31,377 nucleotides of DNA. It comes from a virus. Location: the UHGV virus genome UHGV-0092341. One strand, written 5' to 3'. Below, in pieces: positions 25,868-31,377 of the stretch. Position 1 is the first letter of the stretch. Every line of letters begins with the position of its first letter. The notes beneath the pieces were generated by a model. It made no database searches, was not told the origin of the DNA, and saw only the letters and a list, made by a program, of their open reading frames with translations. Made by a program: the position numbers and the translations under genes.

Positions 25868-26751
25868 TGTTTGCCGTACTGGGTGATATTGAGTTTGAGC
25901 TGATTACCTACTGGGACGGCTTCGAGGCCACGTTCGGCGTCGATTATGCGGAGCATGCCCGCATCGGGGGTAAGCCTGGCCTGCAGTTCGTCGGCGACAG
26001 GCTGGACGAAATCCAGATAAGTCTGGTCTTCCATCAGCATTATTGTGTACCCGATGTGGAGCTGGCGAGACTGCGAACAACCATGAAAGCCCATCAGGCA
26101 CTGGCGCTGGTCTTCGGCAACGGTGACTATCGTGGCTGGTTCGTGATTACCGATGTGACCGCAACCAGCGAGCAGACAGACAGCACCGGTAACGTGCTGG
26201 CTGTCAGTGCCACCGTGTCTCTCCGGGAATACACCGGTGATCCGAAAAATCCTCTGCAACCACCGGCAATACGCACGAAGCTCCCGGGTGTCGGGGCGGT
26301 CTCCGGTGCCATTCCTTCACCTTCAGGGGTGGCGCAGTTCATCCGCAACGGCGTCAACTATGCGAAACAGGCGCAGTCTGTACTCCAGACCACTATCAGA
26401 GCCGTTCGGGTGACACAGAAAATGAAGGATAACCCCGTTGTCGCACTGACCCGTGTGCCGGGGCTGATGAGCGGACTGGGTAATATATCCGGGGCTCTGG
26501 GGAAAAGTGTTCCGGCGTTTAACGCACTCTCTGAATCCATGCCCGATGCCATCAGTCTGGCCAGAACAGCCAGCGAAGCAGCCACGTATGTACAGCAGGC
26601 ACAGTCTGCGCTGAGTGGTGTGGACAAAAGAAATATTGCAGGTGCTCTGGATACCGTTTCCGGGCAGCTTAACGCCGCCGGCACAGCATTCAACCGCATG
26701 TCTCCGGGATTAAGTGCAATGGCCGCCAGAATACTGACGAGGAGTGTGTGA
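25867..26751 (+). CDS. tail protein (Mu N / P2 gpU-like position)
   Basis: 294 aa; ATG overlaps tape-measure stop (TGATG). Assignment mainly by position. Confidence 0.5.
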   Translation: MFAVLGDIEFELITYWDGFEATFGVDYAEHARIGGKPGLQFVGDRLDEIQISLVFHQHYCVPDVELARLRTTMKAHQALALVFGNGDYRGWFVITDVTATSEQTDSTGNVLAVSATVSLREYTGDPKNPLQPPAIRTKLPGVGAVSGAIPSPSGVAQFIRNGVNYAKQAQSVLQTTIRAVRVTQKMKDNPVVALTRVPGLMSGLGNISGALGKSVPAFNALSESMPDAISLARTASEAATYVQQAQSALSGVDKRNIAGALDTVSGQLNAAGTAFNRMSPGLSAMAARILTRSV

Positions 26752-26963
26752 TGTTTCTTGAACATGTTACCCGTGACGGAGAGCGCTGGGATTCGCTGGC
26801 ATGGCAGTACTACGGTGACCCGCTGGGCTATCCCCGGATTATTGCCGCCAATCCGCACGTGGCCATCACGCCGGTGCTGCCCTCCGGGCTGTTGTTACTG
26901 ATCCCGGTGATTGAGGCTGAAGAAGCCCGTACAGAAGAGGATATTGCCCCATGGCTGAGATAA
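26748..26963 (+). CDS. tail protein X-like (LysM-like, P2 gpX family)
   Basis: 71 aa; pattern RWDSLAWQYYGDP...IIAANPHV resembles gpX/LysM motif; sits between gpU-like and gpD-like genes as in P2. Confidence 0.6.
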   Translation: MMFLEHVTRDGERWDSLAWQYYGDPLGYPRIIAANPHVAITPVLPSGLLLLIPVIEAEEARTEEDIAPWLR

Positions 26964-28120
26964 ACAGCACTGCGCAAGTCACATCAGCGTTAACCGGCGT
27001 CAGCGATGTGCTGACACCGGTGTTCACTCTGTGGTATCTGCAGAAAAACATCACCTCTGATATCGCGCCTTATGTCACCCGTGTGACCTGGAGCGATAAC
27101 ATCAAAAATGAGTCCGATACCATTGAGGTGGAACTGGACGACACCGATGGCCGCTGGCTGGATAAATGGTATCCGGGCAAGGGTGACACGCTGACGCTGA
27201 AAATGGGCTATCAGGGCGAGAAGCTGCTGTCCTGCGGTACGTTCTCTATAGACGAGATCGAAGTGAGTTCGCCCGCTTCCGTTGTTTCTATCCGTGGGGT
27301 GGCCACCTCGGTTAACAGTGCCCTGCGGACTAAAACCAGTCGTGGTTTTGAGAACACCACGCTGGCAGCTGTTGCGGGGCGGATTGCCAGAAAGCACCGA
27401 CTGAAACTGGTGGGCAGCATTGAGTCCATCAGAATCGACCGGGTGACCCAGTATGCTGAAACGGACGTGGGTTTTCTGCGCCGGCTGGCCAGCGAGTATG
27501 GTTATGCAGTGAAAGTGGTCAGTGACCAGCTGATTTTTTCTCATCTGGCCACACTGCGCAGTCAGGAGCCGGTCAGGCAGTTAAAACCGCAGGATGTGGC
27601 CCGCTTTTCCCTGCGTGACACCATCAACCGGGTCTATAAATCTGCAAAGGTAAAACACCAGAAAAGCAGCAGTAAAAAACTGATCGTCTACGAAGCTGAT
27701 GGTGGTACCCGTGAAAGCGACAAACAAACCAAAGGCGGTAAGGTCACCAGTGCCGACTCACTGAAGGTCAACAGCCGCGTCAGCGACCCGGACAGCGCCC
27801 GGATTAAAGCGGATTCGGCGCTGGCCAGGCATAACGAATACCAGCAGAACGGCTCCCTGACGCTGACGGGAACACCTCAACTGACTGCAGGCAACAAAAT
27901 TGAACTGGTGGGTTTTGGACAGTTATCCGGGCCATGGCTGATAACCACTGCCCGCCATGCGTTTGACCGCAACAGCGGCTATATCACCGAACTGGAGGTG
28001 GCGCGAGGGCCGGTCACGCAGGGCAAGGCGAAGAAAGGTAAAAAGACCGGCAAGAGTCAGACACTGACCGTCTATAAACCGGACGGCAGCACATCTACGG
28101 TAACAAAGGAGAAGAAATAA
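26951..28120 (+). CDS. tail/baseplate hub protein (P2 gpD / Mu P-like)
   Basis: 389 aa (P2 gpD is about this size); lysine-rich C-terminal tail; conserved order. Confidence 0.65.
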   Translation: MAEINSTAQVTSALTGVSDVLTPVFTLWYLQKNITSDIAPYVTRVTWSDNIKNESDTIEVELDDTDGRWLDKWYPGKGDTLTLKMGYQGEKLLSCGTFSIDEIEVSSPASVVSIRGVATSVNSALRTKTSRGFENTTLAAVAGRIARKHRLKLVGSIESIRIDRVTQYAETDVGFLRRLASEYGYAVKVVSDQLIFSHLATLRSQEPVRQLKPQDVARFSLRDTINRVYKSAKVKHQKSSSKKLIVYEADGGTRESDKQTKGGKVTSADSLKVNSRVSDPDSARIKADSALARHNEYQQNGSLTLTGTPQLTAGNKIELVGFGQLSGPWLITTARHAFDRNSGYITELEVARGPVTQGKAKKGKKTGKSQTLTVYKPDGSTSTVTKEKK

Positions 28121-28632
28121 TGGCAGGTGTCACCCGTCAGGTCGGTACGGTCAGCGCCGTCGATGCCGACAAGGTTCAGGCCCGCGTTCGTCTGCCTGAG
28201 TGCGATAACCTGCGCACTAACTGGCTTAACGTACTCCAGCGCAACACCCAGGATAACAAGGATTACTGGCTCCCTGACGTGGGGGAGCAGGTTGAGGTGC
28301 TGCTCGATGCCAACGGCGAGGATGGTGTCATTCTGGGCGCGGTGTACTCAGGCGTCGATAAGCCACCGTTCAGCGACAAAAACGTCCGGGGCACGAAATA
28401 CGCGGATGGCGCAGAGTTCAGCTATAACCGCGCGACCCATACGCTGACGGTCAAAGGTGGTATCGAGCGCGTAGTAATCGAGGTTGCGGTAGGTATCAGC
28501 CTGAAGGGGAAAACCATTGATTTGACCGCTGACACCACCACGGTGAACGGCAACCTTGAAATCAACGGCAATGCCCACTCCACAGGTAGCATGCTGTCTG
28601 ACGGCCAGAACTCTAATCACCATTCCCACTGA
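28120..28632 (+). CDS. baseplate central spike (P2 gpV / Mu gp45-like)
   Basis: 170 aa; C-terminal beta-rich segment typical of spike tips; conserved position. Confidence 0.65.
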   Translation: MAGVTRQVGTVSAVDADKVQARVRLPECDNLRTNWLNVLQRNTQDNKDYWLPDVGEQVEVLLDANGEDGVILGAVYSGVDKPPFSDKNVRGTKYADGAEFSYNRATHTLTVKGGIERVVIEVAVGISLKGKTIDLTADTTTVNGNLEINGNAHSTGSMLSDGQNSNHHSH

Positions 28633-28633
28633 C

Positions 28634-28684
28634 CTTCTTAAACGCCTTTAATATCGGCGTTCCCGCACAGGGGCAATACTGCCC
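28634..28684 (+). promoter_or_regulatory. candidate late promoter (conserved bipartite motif, copy 4), upstream of baseplate genes
   Basis: CTTCTTAA-N4-CTTTAATATC-N20-ATACTGCCC; spacer holds hairpin GGGGCA-ATAC-TGCCCC; motif ends 3 nt before ATG 28687. Confidence 0.5.
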
Positions 28685-28686
28685 CC

Positions 28687-29034
28687 ATGAAAACAACTTC
28701 CGTATTCTGGCAACCGGCCCTGCAGGCTCCCGGCGAAATTGTCCGGGGGCTGGATGATATCTGGCAGGCGATTCAAATTATCCTGCGAACTCCCCGTGGC
28801 AGCGACCCGCATCGCCCAGAGTTCGGCAGCAATCTGCATCTTTATATCGACTGGCCTGTAAACCGGGCCATTCCTCATGTGGTGCGCGAATCTGTCGATG
28901 CCATCCGGCGCTGGGAGCCTCGCTGCCAGCTTATGTCGGTTAAACCCGCCGTCGACGGCGAACATCTTACGCTCCGGGTGAGCTGGAAAGGCTCTGACGG
29001 ACAGCCCCGGACTCAGGAGTTGCTATGGCGCTGA
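28687..29034 (+). CDS. baseplate wedge protein (GPW/gp25-like)
   Basis: 115 aa; motif RTPRGSDPHRPEFGSNL typical of gp25/GPW family; no SD, start may be leaderless or mis-set. Confidence 0.65.
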   Translation: MKTTSVFWQPALQAPGEIVRGLDDIWQAIQIILRTPRGSDPHRPEFGSNLHLYIDWPVNRAIPHVVRESVDAIRRWEPRCQLMSVKPAVDGEHLTLRVSWKGSDGQPRTQELLWR

Positions 29035-30128
29035 CAGAACCCGATTTTATTGAACGTGATGCCGACAAAATCACGGCTGAAATGATTGCACAGTACGAAG
29101 CCGCAACCGGCAAAACGCTGTACCCCGCTCAGGCTGAGCGCCTGTTGATTGACCTGTGGGCATACCGCGAAATGCTGGTCAGGGTAGCGGCGCAGGAAAT
29201 AGCCAAACAGAATCTGGTCGCCTTTGCCCGTGAGCCGATGATTGATTACCTCGGTGAACTGGTCGGTGTTTACCGCCTTGCCGCGCAGCCTGCCACCACC
29301 ACGCTCCAGTTCTCCGTGGATGAGGCACTGGCCATTGACGTGCTGATTCCGGCGGGTACCCGCGTCAGCGCTTCCGACAGCGTTATTTTTGCCACCGATA
29401 CAGATGTGGTACTGAAGGCCGGATTGCTGCTGGTCAATGTCACGGCCACCTGTACCGAACCCGGTACCGCTGGTAACGGCTGGCAACCTGCGCAGGTCAG
29501 TCAGTTACTCGATGAGATTGATAACGTCGACCTGCTGGTGAGCAATCTGACGGCCAGTTCCGGCGGTTCAGAACAGGAAGACGATGACAGGCTCCGGGAG
29601 CGTATCAGACTGGCCCCGGAGTCATTCACCAATGCCGGAAGCCGTGGCGCATACCGCTTTCATGCCATGCAGGCCCATCCCAACATTGTCGATGTTGCTG
29701 TGCTTTCCCCGGTTCCCGGCACCGTAGATCTGTATCCGCTGCTCAGTACCGGTCTGCCGGACGGCGGTGTTCTCACGCTGGTAGAGAGTTTCTGCTCTGA
29801 TGAGAAAGTCAGGCCGCTCACTGATACCGTGCGGGCTAAAACACCTGTGCAGGTGGATTATGCCATTGAAGCCAGGATTACGATCTATCGTGATCAGGAT
29901 GCCGGGTCTGTAAAAGATGCCGCCAACAGTGCCATCCAGAACTGGGTGGCATCACGTGCCGCCACGCTGGGGCGCGATATTGTCCCCAGCCAGATTATCA
30001 GTGCATTGTCCGTTTCCGGGGTGTACCAGGTTGAGCTGGTGACACCGGCACTGCGGGTGGTGGCAGAAAACGAATGGGCAAACTGTACGGCGATCACACT
30101 TAACATGACCAGGGTGTCCGATGGCTGA
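29025..30128 (+). CDS. baseplate protein J-like (P2 gpJ / Mu gp47-like)
   Basis: 367 aa directly after GPW-like gene; conserved W-J-I order. Confidence 0.7.
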   Translation: MALTEPDFIERDADKITAEMIAQYEAATGKTLYPAQAERLLIDLWAYREMLVRVAAQEIAKQNLVAFAREPMIDYLGELVGVYRLAAQPATTTLQFSVDEALAIDVLIPAGTRVSASDSVIFATDTDVVLKAGLLLVNVTATCTEPGTAGNGWQPAQVSQLLDEIDNVDLLVSNLTASSGGSEQEDDDRLRERIRLAPESFTNAGSRGAYRFHAMQAHPNIVDVAVLSPVPGTVDLYPLLSTGLPDGGVLTLVESFCSDEKVRPLTDTVRAKTPVQVDYAIEARITIYRDQDAGSVKDAANSAIQNWVASRAATLGRDIVPSQIISALSVSGVYQVELVTPALRVVAENEWANCTAITLNMTRVSDG

Positions 30129-30699
30129 GCCGCTACAACTCCCGCCACCGCTTGAGGGGGATATCAGCCTCAGAACGCTGGGAAGACTGGCCGGGCGGCT
30201 GGATAACATCGACCTGAGCGTACTGATGGTCTATCTCGTCGATATCGTCGACAGTTCCGCGCTGCCATGGCTGGGAGAGCAGTTCTCACTGTTCGGCGAT
30301 GGCTGGGAGCTGGCGGAATCGGACGATGTTCGCCGCATGCTTATAAAAGCAGCCATCGAACTACACCAGTATAAAGGGACGCCGTGGTCAATCCGGGAAG
30401 TTATCCGCCGTTTTGGCTTTGGTGAAGTGGATCTGATTGAAGGCACAGGTCGTCTCAGTTACGACGGCAATCGCAGCTATAACGGACTGTTTGTTCATGG
30501 AGATGCAGCCGCCTGGGCGGTTTATCGCGTTATTCTGAAACAGCCCATTACTAACGATCAGGCCGCGATGCTGCGTCAGACGCTCGCTGCATTTGCACCG
30601 GCCCGCTGCCATCTGGCCAGCCTGGAGTATCAGTCTGTGGCTATTCGCTATAACAATACCGCCATCCATGATGGCAGTTATAACCACGGGAGCAGTTGA
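30121..30699 (+). CDS. baseplate/tail protein I-like (P2 gpI / Mu gp48-like)
   Basis: 192 aa; overlaps J-like stop; immediately precedes tail fibre gene. Confidence 0.6.
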   Translation: MAEPLQLPPPLEGDISLRTLGRLAGRLDNIDLSVLMVYLVDIVDSSALPWLGEQFSLFGDGWELAESDDVRRMLIKAAIELHQYKGTPWSIREVIRRFGFGEVDLIEGTGRLSYDGNRSYNGLFVHGDAAAWAVYRVILKQPITNDQAAMLRQTLAAFAPARCHLASLEYQSVAIRYNNTAIHDGSYNHGSS

Positions 30700-30701
30700 T
30701 T

Positions 30702-31377
30702 ATGGGAAACCTGAATGAAACAGAAAAGTGGGAAGAAAATATCTATCAACTGGAGACATCAGATCCGGTTCTGGGTGGTGCTGACGGGATATCAAATCGA
30801 GCCCCCCGGCAACTGGCAAACAGGACGAAATGGCTGAAGAAGAAAACGGAGGAAGCCGCACAGTCACTGGCTGAACACGTGCGTTCCCGTAACCACCCGG
30901 ACGCGACACTGACAGCTAAGGGGTTCACCCAACTGAGCAGTGCCACCAACAGCACCTCTGAAACGCTGGCCGCCACACCAAAAGCCGTCAAGGCTGCATA
31001 CGACCTTGCAGCCGGCAAGGCGCCCGTCAGCCACACTCACCCGTGGAGTCAGATAACGGGAGTGCCTGCTGCCTCGCTGACGGCAAAAGGCACCGTACAA
31101 CTGAGCAGCGCCACGGACAGTCAATCAGAAACTGAGGCTGCCACGCCGAAGGCTGTGAAAATCGCGTATGATCTGGCCCGGGGAAAATACACAGCCCAGG
31201 ATGCAACAACGACCCGTAAAGGGATCGTACAACTGAGCAGTGCCACCAACAGCACCTCTGAAACGCTGGCCGCCACACCAAAGGCCGTCAAGGCTGCATA
31301 TGACCTGGCTGCCGGCAAGGCCCCCGTCAGCCACACTCACCCGTGGAGTCAGATAACGGGAGTGCCTGCTGCCTCGC
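30702..31377 (+). CDS. tail fibre protein, N-terminal 225 codons only (runs off window end)
   Basis: ATG 30702 two nt after gpI-like stop; hand translation MGNLNETEKWEENIYQLETSDPVLGGADGISNRAPRQLANRTKW... followed by ~50-aa repeat units (QLSSATNSTSETLAATPKAVKAAYDLAAGK). Absent from ORF track because no stop in window. Confidence 0.75.
   Translation, partial: MGNLNETEKWEENIYQLETSDPVLGGADGISNRAPRQLANRTKWLKKKTEEAAQSLAEHVRSRNHPDATLTAKGFTQLSSATNSTSETLAATPKAVKAAYDLAAGKAPVSHTHPWSQITGVPAASLTAKGTVQLSSATDSQSETEAATPKAVKIAYDLARGKYTAQDATTTRKGIVQLSSATNSTSETLAATPKAVKAAYDLAAGKAPVSHTHPWSQITGVPAAS
30931..31377 (+). repeat. tail-fibre repeat units (about 150 bp each); units 1 and 3 near-identical, 300 bp apart
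   Basis: 30931-31077 and 31231-31377 differ at only a few positions; a diverged unit lies between them. Confidence 0.8.

Noticed and set aside
30700-31340. Several minus-strand ORFs at the right end of the window
   Set aside because: They are antisense to the tail fibre gene, and their repeats mirror the fibre repeats.
1-31377. CRISPR arrays, tRNA or rRNA genes, integrase/att sites
   Set aside because: No short regularly spaced direct repeats, no cloverleaf-like or rRNA-like segments and no tyrosine/serine recombinase were seen; a Mu-like phage integrates by transposition, and its ends lie outside the window.

Overview
The whole 31.4-kb window lies inside a Mu-like transposable prophage with a divergent (BcepMu-style) layout; no prophage end, att site or host flank is visible. 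Left part (1-6332, minus strand) is the early operon read right-to-left: Ner/Cro-like binder, an HTH protein, two unknowns, a DDE transposase (MuA-like), an AAA+ target-DNA activator (MuB-like), a Gam-like DNA-end binder and small unknowns. The centre (6333-9309) holds the divergent control region with an XRE-type repressor (+), followed by an AT-richer cargo island on the opposite strand: a Dam-like N6-adenine methyltransferase, a 71-aa protein and a 247-aa P-loop protein, with a 134-aa plus-strand ORF nested antisense between them. This island is my best candidate for an undescribed accessory (defence or anti-defence) module, but I cannot assign it a function. The right part (9310-31377, plus strand) is the late operon: holin-like protein, SLT endolysin, embedded i/o-spanin pair, terminase, portal, head genes, contractile tail with a frameshifted chaperone, tape measure, baseplate and the start of a repeat-containing tail fibre. 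A conserved bipartite motif recurs four times upstream of late gene blocks (candidate activator-dependent late promoters). No rRNA, tRNA or CRISPR array was seen. All product names rest on motifs, gene order and recalled family features; no database search was possible.
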